In this document: positions 50,317 to 64,000 of the stretch, in pieces
Layout: each line of letters begins with the position of its first letter
How positions within the stretch are numbered: the first letter of the stretch is position 1
Notes under the pieces: generated by a model
Seen by the model: the letters and a program-made list of their open reading frames with translations, nothing else
The model's database searches: none
Told to the model about the DNA's origin: nothing
NCBI RefSeq assembly: GCF_009914755.1
Contig: NC_060935.1
Source of the DNA: the human T2T-CHM13v2.0 reference genome, Homo sapiens
Direction: 5' to 3' (one strand)
DNA: 64,000 nt
Translations under genes and position numbers: made by a program

Positions 50317-50586
50317 ACAGAAATTTGTAGGGAAATCATTCAAGTTTTTGCCGCCCAACCCAATGATGTGGGGCACTCCACCCTTCACCTCCAGCCATAT
50401 TAATCATTATTAATTGCTTTATGTGTTTCCTTCCAAATATTTTTTGTATGCATTTACATACACATGTATGTGTGCATATAAATATTCAGGCATAATTTGA
50501 ATAGTACAATGAAACCCATTTACCCTTACCTAGATTCACTAATTGCCAAATAAGTCACCACATAAAAATACCTAATTTTGACTTTT
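50313..50586 (+). repeat. Right copy of the ~270-bp direct repeat
   Basis: Ends at ctttt|aa, a consensus L1 endonuclease site. Confidence 0.93.
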
Positions 50587-51110
50587 AACCAAAATATCTT
50601 TTATATCTTATATAGCCTTTAAGGTAGATATTAAGACTATAGTTCCTAAAGCCAAAACTTCACAAACGGTTTCTAAGAAAACATGACTCATATCAAGGAT
50701 TTGTATATTTTAAGGGAAATTTAAGATTCTAGTCAGCACAAAGTGTTGACATTTCAAAATCTCTCAGGCCCAACAACCTACTCACTTCTTGAAGCTCACT
50801 ACCTTTTAAGAGTCAGAAATCTTATGTATAATGACTCAGGAAACAGTTGAAGATATACTTCTATTTTTTTTTTCAATTAAAATTGACAAATAGTAATAAT
50901 TCTTTGATTTTTAAGAATAAATGTAAAAGTACTTAAATAGAGGAAATAAGGTGAGTTCCATTTCAATTCCTTTTCCTTTCTTGTAAATTATAAACGTTGG
51001 AATTTTACTAATTTCCTGGACAACAAATAGAAGGAATGCTATCATTTGGGGCTTTTCCACTAATGGCTGCATTACTATGTTCTCAAAAAACAAAAAAATC
51101 CAGTGGAATC

Positions 51111-51444
51111 TTTTTTTTTTTTCTTTTTTTTTTTTTTGGAGACAGGGTCTCATTCTGTTGCCCAGGCTGGAGTGCAGTGGCACCATCTCAGATCACTGCT
51201 GCCTCGCCCTCCCAGGGTCAAGCAATCATGATCCTGTCAAGTAGCTAGGACTACAGATGCATGACACCACATATGGCTAATTATTATTATTATTATTATT
51301 ATCATCATCATCATCATCATTATTTTTGGTAAAGACAGGTTTCACTTTTTTGCCCAGTCTGGTTTTGAACCCCCGGGCTCAAGCAATCCGCCTGCCTTGG
51401 CATCCCAAAGTGCTGGGATTCCAGGTGTGAGTCATCGCACCCAG
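51111..51444 (-). mobile_element. AluJ with (ATT)n(ATC)n in the linker
   Basis: Alu body; compound trinucleotide repeat at 51281-51322. Confidence 0.88.
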
Positions 51445-51819
51445 TGGTTATCTTGCTTTCAATTGACTCCTTCAAAAGGCCAATATATAATGTGATCTGA
51501 GTAATGGGATGTATTGCAATATGGGATCTACAGGGTTGCTGTGAATATGAAGTGCTTAGAATTCTGCCTAGCAGGTAAGTAATCAATAAAGGCTTATCTG
51601 AAGAGAAATAAAGTAAGCTTTTACTTACAATGAGTTATAGTTATGTGTTTCCTATATCCCTTGTAAAGTTGAAGTAAAAATTATTAAAATTATTTTCATT
51701 TTAAAATTATTAAAATTTTCAAATTCCTTATTAAATTGAAATTAAGGAAGAGCAATTTCCTTAACAAATTATATGGAAGAAAATCAAAGAAGAAACTATA
51801 GATTAAGAAAGATTTAAGT

Positions 51820-52130
51820 GGCCCAGCACAGTGGCTTGCACCTGTAATCTCAGCACTTTGGAAGGGCCAGGCGGGCAGATCACTTGAGGTCAGGAGTTTG
51901 AGACCAGCCTGGCCTACATGGCGAAACACTGTCTGTCTCTACTAATAATACAAAAACTAGCTGGGTGTGGTGGCATGCACCTGTAGTCCCAGCTACTCAG
52001 GAGGCTGAGGCATGAGAATTGCCTGAAACTGGGAGGCAGAGGTTGCAGTGAGCCAAGATTGTGAGATCGCACTACTGCACTCTAGCCTGGGAGACAGAGT
52101 GCGGCTCCAACTCAAAAAAACAAAAAAAAA
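51820..52130 (+). mobile_element. AluS within an old L1M 3' fragment (~51720-52630)
   Basis: Alu body; TSD-like aaagattta. Confidence 0.9.
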
Positions 52131-53815
52131 GATTTAGGAGACCTATCAACCAAATGCATATGTAGACCTTGTTTGGATGTGAATTCAAACAAACCAACTG
52201 TGAAAAGATAGTAAATGAGCAATATACACACTTACATACTACAAGTGGGGAAATATAAAGACTGCAGATGGTTGGTGATATTATTACTTATGTTTTAGGT
52301 ATGATAAATGACACTGTGGTTGTGTTAAGAAAAAAGAGGTCTTTTAGAAGTACTCTAATATTTATGAACAAAGTGATATGAAGTTGAATCAAATGTAATT
52401 ATCATTTTATAGGTGAAAATAAATGGATGTAGACAATTTCGTATGATTCAATTAATACAATATTTGTAGTTTGCTTCACAATAATCCAATTAGAAGGGTT
52501 TGAGGCCAGTAGGTAGACAGGTATAATAGAGCGGGAAAGAAAGAGTGACCCAGAGTTAACGATTGCTGTAGTTGTATGATGAGTACATGGGAGTTCATTG
52601 TTCTCTATTTTTATCTTTTAATTTTTCTATGTTTTTAACAAGAAAACCAAGAGAACCCTACCTTATACAACTGTGCCTTGCCTAATGCTTATTAGCACTA
52701 TATTTGATAAATAATAAATACCAAAAACATAGATGTTGAACATGTTTGAATCAATATTCTCAGAAAGGTCCATTTATAAGAAATGATGAATTCACAAAAA
52801 CTCAGCCAGCAAAGGAAGATCAAATGGAAAGACAAAAATTAGAAACAAAATGTTCTTCGAATTTTATAAAACTCTCACATGTGACTGACTGACTTTTCAT
52901 TCTGCAGATTTTATTATCTCTCAAAGTTATCTCTCAAAGTCTGTGATAGCTATATATTCATCTTTTGCTTATTTTAAGTGTTTTATATTATTTTACTTAG
53001 GCTGATTAAAAAATATTTGCACTGAACTCCATTACCTATCTCTGTTTATTAAGTTTAGATGTAGTTATAGACTAGGGAGAACAGAGAAAATTGAAAATGT
53101 GTACATTAGATTCCCCAGAGTAATTTTGTTTTTGGTTTTTACATCAGACACACACAATTTTAAATACAAGTTTATCCATCTGAAAAGAGATTTCTTGCTT
53201 ATAGCCAGGTCAATTTTGTTTACACATATATTAAATACAATTTGCTAAATATAGCCAATGTTAATAAGAATAGATTCATTTTACCCTCTGTATGTCTGGA
53301 ATGGTTAAGATATAATAGTTTAAAAGTTACAGAAAAATATATTAATGTTTCCTTAATATTAGGGAGAACGTGTTAACATTTAAAGCTGTCAAACAATGGA
53401 ATAAACTATGTCCTAGAGAATGAGAACCCCTTACTTCACAAATTAAACCAGAAGTTGGATGGCAATTTATCAGATATACTGAAAAAGAGATTCACAGAGA
53501 AGGCTAAAACTTGATAATCTCATGGCCTGTGCCACCAGACAGACAAGAATCTTGATCTGACTCTTAACTTAGGTTATAATTTTGGTAAATTACCTAATTT
53601 CTCTAAACCTCAGTTTTCCTTGAACACAAAATACATCATTACTGTCAAGATTAAGTGATATCATGCATGTAAACTGGTTAGCATTCTGCCTCAGACATTG
53701 TAAGTGATTAATAAACACTGTTATAGAATTATGACCAGTCACACAATCAGTACTCAAGTAATGAGTAACATCTTCACTACTACTGCTATTGCTATGTAAG
53801 AGAATAATAGGTAGT

Positions 53816-54202
53816 TGATATGGTTTGGTTCTGTGTCCCCACCCAAATCTTATGTTGAATCGTGATCCCAAGTGTTGAAGGTGGGGCCTGGTGAAAGGTG
53901 ATTGGATCATCGGGGCAGATTTCCCCCTTGCTGTTCTTATGATAGTGAATGAGTTCTCATGAAATCTGGTAGTTTAAAAGTGTATAGCACTTTCCCCTTC
54001 ATTTGCTGTCTCTCCTGCCACCATGTGAAAACATGCTTGCTTCCTCTTTGCCCTTCTGCCATGATTGTAAGTTTCCTGAGGCCTCTCTGCCATGCCTCCT
54101 GTACAGCCAGACTGTGGAACTGTGAGTCAATTAAACCTCTTTTCTTTATAAATTACCGGTCTTGGGTAGTTCTTTATAGCAGTGTGAGAACAGACTAACA
54201 CA
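53816..54202 (+). mobile_element. MSTA (MaLR) solo LTR
   Basis: 'tgatatggtttggttctgtgtccccacccaaatc' through to 'gtgtgagaacagactaacaca'; 5-bp TSD gtagt/gtaat. Confidence 0.88.
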
Positions 54203-55518
54203 GTAATTGATGAATGCAACAGAGGACACCTCTAGCCTGAGACATAAAGGATGGGATCGTAGAGGAAACAGAAAACCATTTCTGGTAGTTTTTTTTTTTT
54301 TCTGCGAGTTGGCAAATTAGAGGCTTTGTTACCATAGCTCACCCACTCAGAAATAGCAAAATAGCATGTACAGATTCACATGGTGAACTTTCATCCAAGA
54401 AGAAACATGAGAGCTAAATATAAAAGCAAAAGAATAATTGAATACTTTGAAAAATACAGTGGGCATTAGGCTACGCTGTGGATCTGTGGTGGAAAACTGT
54501 GAGTGAATCACCAGTGTATGACGGGGGAGAGAGTATCTTACAATACATATTTCTACTAAGGAACGAGGCAATCCAGGCCACTGGGGAGCTCCGTGACCCT
54601 ACTGAGAGCTAGATCTTAAGTTGGAGAACAGGGAGACTGTAAGAAGGAATGGCAGTAGAAAGTGCTCCATATGCACTCCCGTCTCCAACTACTGACAGAA
54701 GGCCATTCTTGATCCAACTAAGGGGGCTGCACGAAAACCAGCCAGCCAGCACAGGTGGCAGACACTGGTTTGGAGAATCTTCAGATCAGGACTTGCAATC
54801 CAGTCTCTAGTGGGACAGGAGCCCCTATGGCCAGAACTGAGAGGTGAGAATATGTGGGCTCCAGCTTTGGGTACAGGAGTTGGGCACTACCCGTTTGCAG
54901 CATGGGACCAGGAGGGGTGTGGCCTGGGAGCCATGTTTTTGTCTCAGGGAGGGAGCTTTGAGACCTGGGGCGATGTTACAATCTGAAGAAAGACTGCTTA
55001 TAACTTGGCTGGCTGTATTAGCATACCACTGGCAGCAGGCCATGGGAGGGAGCCCTGCCAGGCTGAAAGCATGGACTTCAGGCAGGTCCCACTACTGCCT
55101 GCTAGGCTGTGGAACCAAAACTACCCTTCTGTCCCTGTATTGGCTCTTTGACACAGCACCAGTTGCTCTGCTCCTCCCTCGAGCATTGCCCCAGGGGCCT
55201 GAGAACTGCTTTCTGATCCTCCTTGGGGACAGCACTTGTGCTTGGTGTTGGGGATGCCGGAGCATGGGACTGTCCAGCCTAGCCCCATTTGGCCTTGCCT
55301 CCATCAACCTGCATCTGAGGAAGAGCTTGGGAACAGGGCCCCTGGGAGTTCCACAGCCTAGTCCATCACCTAAGACATCAGAGTACCTCTGGTTAACAAA
55401 GGTCAAGCATATTGCCACCACCTCAGCTGGATCTCGCATGCTAGCGCCACCTACTGGCTGCAAGGCCAACCTGCAGAGCTTATTACATTATCTGTTGATA
55501 AAATTGCATGGGGTTTGA

Positions 55519-57186
55519 CCACTGCTCAAGGAAATAAAAGAGGACACAAACAAATGGAAGAACATTCCATGCTCATGGATAGGAAGAACCAATATCGTGA
55601 AAATGGCCATACGGCTCAAAGTAATTTATAGATTCAATGCCATCCCCATCAAGCTACCAATGACTTTCTTCACAGAATTGGAAAAAACTACTTTAAAGTT
55701 CATATGGACCCCAAAAAGGGCCCATATTGCCAATACAATCCTAAGCAAAAAGAACAAAGCTGGAGGCATCATGCTACCTGACTTCAAACTATACTACAAG
55801 GCTACAGTAACCAAAATAATATGGTACTGGTACCAAACCACATCTATACACCAATGGAATAACAAACACCACACATCTACAACCATCTCATCTTTGACAA
55901 GCCTGACAAAAACAAGCAATGGGGAAAGGATTCCCTATTTAATAAACGGTGTTGGGAAAACTGGCAAGCCATATGCAGAAAGCTGAAACTGGATCCCTTC
56001 CTTAAACCTTATACAAAAATTAACTCAAGATGGATTAAAGACTTAAATGTTAGACATAAAACCATTAAAAATCCTAGAAGAAAACGTAGGCAATACCATG
56101 TAGCACATAGGCATGGGCAAAGACTTCATGACTAAAACACCAAAAGCAATGGCAACAAAGCCAAAATAGACAAATGGGATCTAATTAAACTAAAGAGCTT
56201 CTGCACAGCAAAAGAAACTATCAGCAGAGTGAACAGGCAACCTACAGGATAGGAGAAAATTTCTGCAAACTATCCATCTGACAAAGGGCTAATATCCAGA
56301 ATCTACAAAGAACTTAAACAAATTTACAAGAAAAAAACAAACAACCTCATCAACAAGTGGGCAAAGGATATGAACAGACACTTCTCAAAAGAAGACATTT
56401 ATGCAGCCAACAAACTTATGAAAAAATGCTCATCATCACTGGTCATTAGAGAAATGCAAATCAAAACCACAATGAGATACCATCTCATGCCATTTAGAAT
56501 GGCGATCATTAAAAATTCAGGAAACAAAAGATGCTGGAGAGGATATGGAGAAATAGAAACGCTTTTACACTAGTGTAAACTAGTTCAACCATTGTGGAAG
56601 ACAGTGTGGTGACTCCTCAAGGATCTAGAGCTAGTAATACCATTTGATCCAGTGATCCCATTACTGGGTATATACCCAAAGGATTATCAATCATTCTAAT
56701 ATAAAGACACATGAACACATATGTTTACTGTAGCACTGTTCACAATAGCAAAGACTTGGAACCAACCCAAATGCCCATCAATGATAGAGTGGATAAAGAA
56801 AATGTGGCACATATACACCATGGAATACTATGCAGCCATAAAAAAGGATGAGTTCATGTCCTTTGTAGGGACATGGATGAAACTGGAAACCATCATTCTC
56901 AGCAAAGTAACACAAGGACAGAAAACCAAACACCACATGTTCTCATTCATAAGTGGGAGTTGAACAATGAGAACACATGGACACAGGGAGGGGAATATCA
57001 CACATCAGGGCCTATCGGGGGTTTGGGGGCTGGGGGAGGGATAGCATTAGGAGAAATACCTAATGTAAATGACGAGTTGATGGGTGCAGCAAACCAACAT
57101 GGCACACGTATACCTACGTAACAAACCTGCAGGTTGTGCACATGTACCCCAGAACTTAAAGTATAATAATAAAAAACAAATTTAAA
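55519..57186 (+). mobile_element. 5'-truncated L1PA (about PA6-7) inserted in the older L1's 5'UTR
   Basis: ORF2 C-terminus, 3'UTR and AATAAA; 19-bp TSD aaaattgcatg(g/a)ggtttga (55500-55518 / 57187-57205). Confidence 0.95.
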
Positions 57187-58353
57187 AAAATTGCATGAGG
57201 TTTGAAGAACAGACAAGCTCTGTGTGACCTCTACTACCAACACCACACCCTGGCTACTCAGGAGGACTTGAACCCATTTGCTCAACCTTACATTATGACT
57301 GCAACTAGCATTTAAGAAATCCACCAAACTGAGGCTATTTATAACCAAGAAAATCATACATAGTCTATGCCACCAAATGCACCCATAAGCAAAGCCAGAG
57401 AACCCTACTCAACATACACCACAGATGCATCCTGAAGAAGAAAAAAAGTTACCTTTCAGTAAAAGTGAATTCAAAAATAAGAAGAAGCGACTGTTACCCC
57501 ATATGCAAATGTATCAGTGCAATAATACTGGAAATATTTAAAAAAACACAAGATGCTATGACATCTCAAAGAAACGCCGTAATTCTATAGCGATGGAGCC
57601 TAACAAAAAAGAAATCTCACAACAATGTACAAGAGAAACCAGAAAACTAATGCAAAGAAATTAGAAAATAAATTCAGGATATAATTGAGAAATCTGCAAA
57701 GATACATACAACTACATCAGTATCTACATTTACAGGATATGACTGAGAAATTCACCAAAGATATCTACATCCCCCTATTTATCTATAAAGCCAAACCAAA
57801 CTTTTGGAAATGAAAAATTTATTGAAGAAATTCCATAATACAGTTGAAAGTTCTGACAACAGACTAGACCAAATGGAAGAAAGAATCTCAGAAACTGAAG
57901 ACAGGTCTTTCAAATTAATCCAGTTAGACAAAAGTTTTTTAAAAAAGGATTTAATAAACAAACAAAGCATTTGAGAAGTATGGAACTATAAAAACAAGAC
58001 TGAACCTACAAATCATAGGTACTCCTGAGAAATAAAAAAGTTTGGACACCTGATTTGAGGAAATAATTATGGAAAACTACCTTATTCTAGCAGAAGATCC
58101 AGATATTCAAATACAAGAGGCTCCATGAACTCCGGAAATTACATTGCAAGAAAGAACTCACCATGACATAGTCATCAGAATGCCTATGGTTAACATTAAG
58201 AGGGGAAAAAAAATTCTAAAATCAGCAAGAGTAAAGCATCTAGTGACCTATCAAGGAAATCCCAAGAGACTAACAGTAGACTTCTCAGCAGAAACCTTAC
58301 AAGCCAGAGAGATTGAGATTCTATTTTCAAAGTGCTTAAAGAAAAAAAAATGT

Positions 58354-58658
<305 letters not shown>

Positions 58659-59863
58659 GTAAACCCCAAATTTTATATCCTGCTAGAATAAGTAAAGGAG
58701 TAATAAAGTCTTTCCTAGACAAGGAAATGCTGATGGAATTCATCACCACTAGACCGGTCCTATCAAAAAAACTCAAAGAAGTTTTTAACATGGAAACAAA
58801 AGGTTGACACTCTCCATCCTAACAAAACACAAAAGTATAAAACTCACAGGTCTTATAAAACAATTACACTTATGAGAAAGACACATAAATCATATGGCAA
58901 TGTGACAAAACCCTACTAAACCTAAAAAGACAGAGAAAAAAAAAAGAATCCCAAAGGCAAGTAGATAGAAACATTATGATAGAAACAAAAACCTTACATA
59001 TCAGTATTACTCTTTAACATAAATTGATTAAATGCTCTACTTAAAAGATACAGATTCGTGGAATGAATTTAAAAACAGATCCAACTATATTCTGCTTATG
59101 AGAAATTTGCCTTACTCATAAAGACATGTACAGACTGAAGGTAAAGGGGTAAAAAAACATATTCCATGCAAACAAAAATCAAACGCAAGCAGAAATAGCT
59201 ATACTTATATCAGACAAAACAGACTTTACATCAACAGTAGTAAAAAAAAGGAAGTCTTTATGTAATAATAAAGCAATCAATTCACCAAGAAAATATAACA
59301 ATCCTAAATATATATGGACCCAACACTGCAGCACCCAGATTCATAAAACAAGTATTACTAAACCTAAGAGAAAAATATAGATAGCAATACAATACTAGTG
59401 GGGGATGTCAGCACACCACTGACAGCACTACGCAGAGTATCATGACAGAAAATTAAAGTGGACTTTAGACCAAGTGGACCTATAGACATTTACAGAACAT
59501 TCTATACAAGGAATATATCAACAGATGGAACATTCTCCAAGACAGTAACTATATTAGGTCACAAAAAAAGTCTCAATAAATTTTAAAAAAATCTCAAAAT
59601 CATACCAAGTATCTTCTTGGACCACAGTGGAATAAAACCAGAAATCAATTCCAAGAGGAACTTTCAAAACCATACAAACACATAGAAATTAAAGAATATG
59701 CTCCTGAATGATCTATGGGTCAACAATGAAATTAAGGCAGAAATTTACAACAAAAATTGAAAAGAATGAAAATGGAGACACAACATATCAAAAACCTCTG
59801 GGATACAGCAAAAGCAGTGCTAAGAGGGAAATTTATAACATTAAATACCTCCATTTAAAGAAA

Positions 59864-60269
<406 letters not shown>

Positions 60270-62261
60270 TCAAGCAAATAGAAAGAAATTGAGACCAAAA
60301 AAATAAAACATAAAGGATCAACAAAAAATTAAAAAGTTGATACTTAGAAAATATAAACAAAATTGATAGAACACTTGACTAACCACGAAAAGGAGAGAAG
60401 ATTCAAATAAACACAATCAGAAAAGAAAAAGGAGACATTGCAACTGATACCACAGAAATGCAAAAGAGCATCAGAGACTACTATGAGCAGCTCTACATTC
60501 ACAAACTAGAAAACCAAAAGGAAATGGATAAGTTCCTGGAAACACACAACCTCCCAAGACTGAACCAGAAGGAAATAGAAATTATGAATTGACTAATAAT
60601 TAGTGAGATTGAACTAGTAATAAAAATTCACCCATCAACAAAAAAGTCCAGGACCAGAGAATTCACAGCCAAATTCTACCAGATATACAAAGAATAGCTG
60701 GTACCAGTCCTACTAAAACTGTTCAAAAAATTAATGTGGACGGAAACTTCCCTAACTCATTCTATGATGCCAGTATTACCCTGATATCAAAGCACAGTAA
60801 ATACACAACAATGACGACAAAAAAGAAAACTACATATCAATATCCCTCTTGAACACAGACACAAAAATCCTTGACGGAATACTAGAAAACTGAATTCAAC
60901 AGCACGTCAAAAGGATAATGCACCATGATCAAGTAGGTTTTATTCCCGGGATGCAAAAATGGCTCAATATATGCAAATCAATAAATGTGATTCACTAGAT
61001 AAACACAATTAAAAACAAAAACCATATGATCATCTCAACAGATGCAAAAAATCATTTGATAAAATTCAGCATCCCTTTATAATAAAAACCTTCAACAAAA
61101 TAGGTACAGAAGGAACATATCTCAATGTAATAAAAGCCATATAAAACAAACCCACAGTCAACATCATACTGAAGGGGGAAAAAGATGAAAATATTTCCCC
61201 TAAGAGCTGGGACAAGATAAGGATGCTCGCTATCACCACTCCTATTCAACACAGTACTGGAAATCCCAGCCAGAGCAACCAGGCAAGAGAAAGAAATAAA
61301 AGGCGTCCAAATTGGAAAAGAATTCAAATGATCTCTGCCAACAATATGATCTTATACCTAGAAAACCCTAAAGACTCCTCCAAAAGACTCCTGTATTTGA
61401 TAAATGAATTCATTAAAGTTTCAGCATACAAATCAACATACAAAAATCAGTACCATTTCTATACACCAATAACTACCAAACTGAGAACCAAATCAAGAAG
61501 TCAATCCTATTTACAATAGCTACCAAAACCAAAACAACACAGCTCTAGGAATACAGTTAACGAAGGAGGTGAAAGATCTCTACAAGGACAACTATAAGAT
61601 ACTGATGAAAAAAACTGTAGATGACACAAACAAATGTAAGAACATCCCACACCATGAATTTGAAGAATCAATATCATTAAAACAATGATGCTGACAAAAG
61701 CAGTCTACAGATTCAATGCAATCCCTATCCAAATACGAACATCATTTTTTCACAGAATTAGAAAAAATAATCCTAAAATTCACATGGAATCAAGGGAGAG
61801 CTGAAATAGCCAAAGAAATCCTGAGCAAAAAGAACAAAGTTGGAGGCCCCATAGTACCTGGCTTCAAATTACACAAGGCTATAATAACCAAAACAGCATT
61901 GTACTAATATAAAAATAGATACAGATCAATGGAACATACCAGAGAACTAAATAAAGCCACATGCCTACAGACAATTGATTTCTGATAGAGTCAACAAAAA
62001 CATACAATGGGGAAAGGACACCTTATTCAATAAATGGTGCTAGGGAAATTGGAGTGCCATATGGAGAAGAATAAAATAGAACCCATATCTCTCACCATAT
62101 GCAAAAATTAATTCAAGATGGATTAAAGACTTAAATATAAGACCTGAAACTATAAAAAAATACCAGAAGAAAACGTAGGAAAAACTCTTCTGGACATTGA
62201 CCTAAGGAAATGATTCATTACTAAAACCTCAAAAGCAAATGCAACAAAAGCAAAAATGGAT

Positions 62262-62370
62262 GGCCATGGTGGCTGACACCTGGAATCCCAGCATCTCTGG
62301 AAGTCATGCTTGAGGCCACGAGTTCAAGACTAGCCCAGGCAACACAGGGAGACCACATCTCTATAAAACA
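62262..62370 (+). mobile_element. Degenerate Alu left monomer (FLAM-like)
   Basis: 'ggtggctgacacctggaatcccagca...gagttcaagactagcc'. Confidence 0.75.
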
Positions 62371-62581
62371 TACACAAATAAACAAATGTGAATTAATTAA
62401 ACCAAAAAGCTTATGCACAGCAAAAGAAATAATCAACAGAGTGAACAAACAGTCTGCAAAATGGCAGAAAATGTTTGCAAAGTATCTATCCAACAAGGGA
62501 CTAATACTCAGAATCTATGAGGAATTCAAACTAAGAACAAAACAAAACAAAAAATTAACCTTATTAAAAAGTGTAGAAAGA

Positions 62582-62641
62582 TGTTTGCCTACATAACAAA
62601 CCTGCACATCCTGCACATGTATCCTGGAACTTTTGGAAAAA
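62582..62641 (+). mobile_element. Ultra-short L1PA 3' terminus (~60 bp)
   Basis: 'ataacaaacctgcacatcctgcacatgtatcctggaactt' plus A tail, flanked by aaaaagtgt..aaaga on both sides. Confidence 0.8.
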
Positions 62642-64000
62642 AAAAAGTGTGCAAAAGACATGAACAGGCATTATTCAGAAGAAGACATACAAATGACCAA
62701 AAAGCATAGGAAAAAATGCTCAAGTTCAGTAATAATCAGAGAAATACAAGATAAAACCACAATGAGGCATCATCTTATACCAGTCAGAATGGCTATTATT
62801 AAAAAGTCAAAAAATAACAGATGTTGGTGAGGATACAAAGAAAAGAGAATGCTTATACACTGTTGGGTGGGAATGTAAATTAGCACAACCTCTGTAGAAA
62901 ACAGTATGAAGATATCTCAAAGAACTAAAAATGGAACTAGCATTATATCCAGCAATCCCACTACTGGGTATCTACTGAAAGGAAAATAAGTTATGACATA
63001 AAAAAGATGCCTGCACTTATGTATGTTTATTGTAGCACTATTCACAATGGCAAAGATATGAAACCAAACTAAGTGTCCATCAACGGATGACTGGATAAAG
63101 AAAATGTGGTAGGTATATACAATGGAATACTATTCAGCATAAAAAAGAATGTAATCATGTATTTTACAGCAACATGGATGGAACTGGAGGCTGTTATCTT
63201 AAGTGAAATAACTCAGAAACAGAGTCAAATGCCACATGTTCTCACTTACAAGTGGGTGCTAAAAATGTGTTCACATGGATGAGAGAGTGGAATTATATAT
63301 ATAGTGGAGACTCAGACAGGTGAGGAGCTATGGCGGGGGTAGCATGGTAAAAAATTTGTTAATGGGTGCAATATATATTAGTTGGGTGATGGATACCCTA
63401 AAAGCCCTGACATGACTTCATAATCTATGTATATAATAAAATCGCACATGCATTCCACAAATTTGTACAAAACAAAACAGAAAAGACTAGGATGCTGAGG
63501 TAGAGACAAATCTATGGGAAATTCCCAGATTAAGAAACAATTTGAAAATACTGTTTTTTCAGGCTGACTTCAAATGTCCAGTTTCTTGATTCATTTTTCT
63601 TTTGTTCTCAAAACCTTTTAGCAATTATTGTTTCTTCACTGTTTCTTTTAATCCCTTTCTCTCAAACTCGTATTACATGAATATTACAGCCTTTCAATCT
63701 ACCTTATATGTCTTTTAGCTGTGGTAAATTAAATTGTTTTTTTCTGACCCCGTATTGAGTTTCTGGTAAATGTATCAGGACTATCCGGAATTTTCTCTTC
63801 AACTCTATCTAGAGAAGATTTTATTTCATGTACTAATTTATGTTTATTTCAATGACTGTATTTTTATTTTCAAGTTTCTAATTGGATTCTCTTCATACAT
63901 ACATTTCTCTCCTGCTTTTGTTTTTATCATTTTCTGTTCATTTTTATTTGATGTTTCATCTGCATTTGTCTTTTTGAACATTCGGTATGAACATATTTTT

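Noticed and set aside
54844-55518. 224-aa ORF (longest in the track) and the overlapping antisense 125-aa ORF 55092..55469
   Set aside because: Both lie in the GC-rich 5'UTR of an old L1. The long ORF starts at GTG, has no recognisable domain and ends in a TSD; stop scarcity is expected at this GC content.

Overview
Primate (most likely human) genomic DNA from inside SBF2 (MTMR13), which is transcribed on the minus strand. Four coding exons of the N-terminal DENN region are recoverable with canonical GT-AG sites: 21239-21376, 9445-9567, 8162-8272 and 6849-6954, probably exons 3-6. The rest is intron, dominated by L1, Alu, LTR and DNA-transposon relics; 21.8-63.5 kb is almost entirely nested repeats. 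I find no convincing new gene or new biological system. The most unusual signals are structural: (1) an L1PA flanked by a ~270-bp target-site duplication; (2) two inverted L1 segment pairs a few kb apart that each share a premature ORF2 stop and other atypical bases, suggesting local gene conversion or duplication; (3) an LTR nested in an LTR nested in an L1, carrying strong splice donors in the SBF2 sense; (4) several candidate alternative or cryptic SBF2 splice sites. Repeat subfamily names are from memory of consensus sequences and boundaries were read by eye, so both need RepeatMasker/Dfam confirmation.
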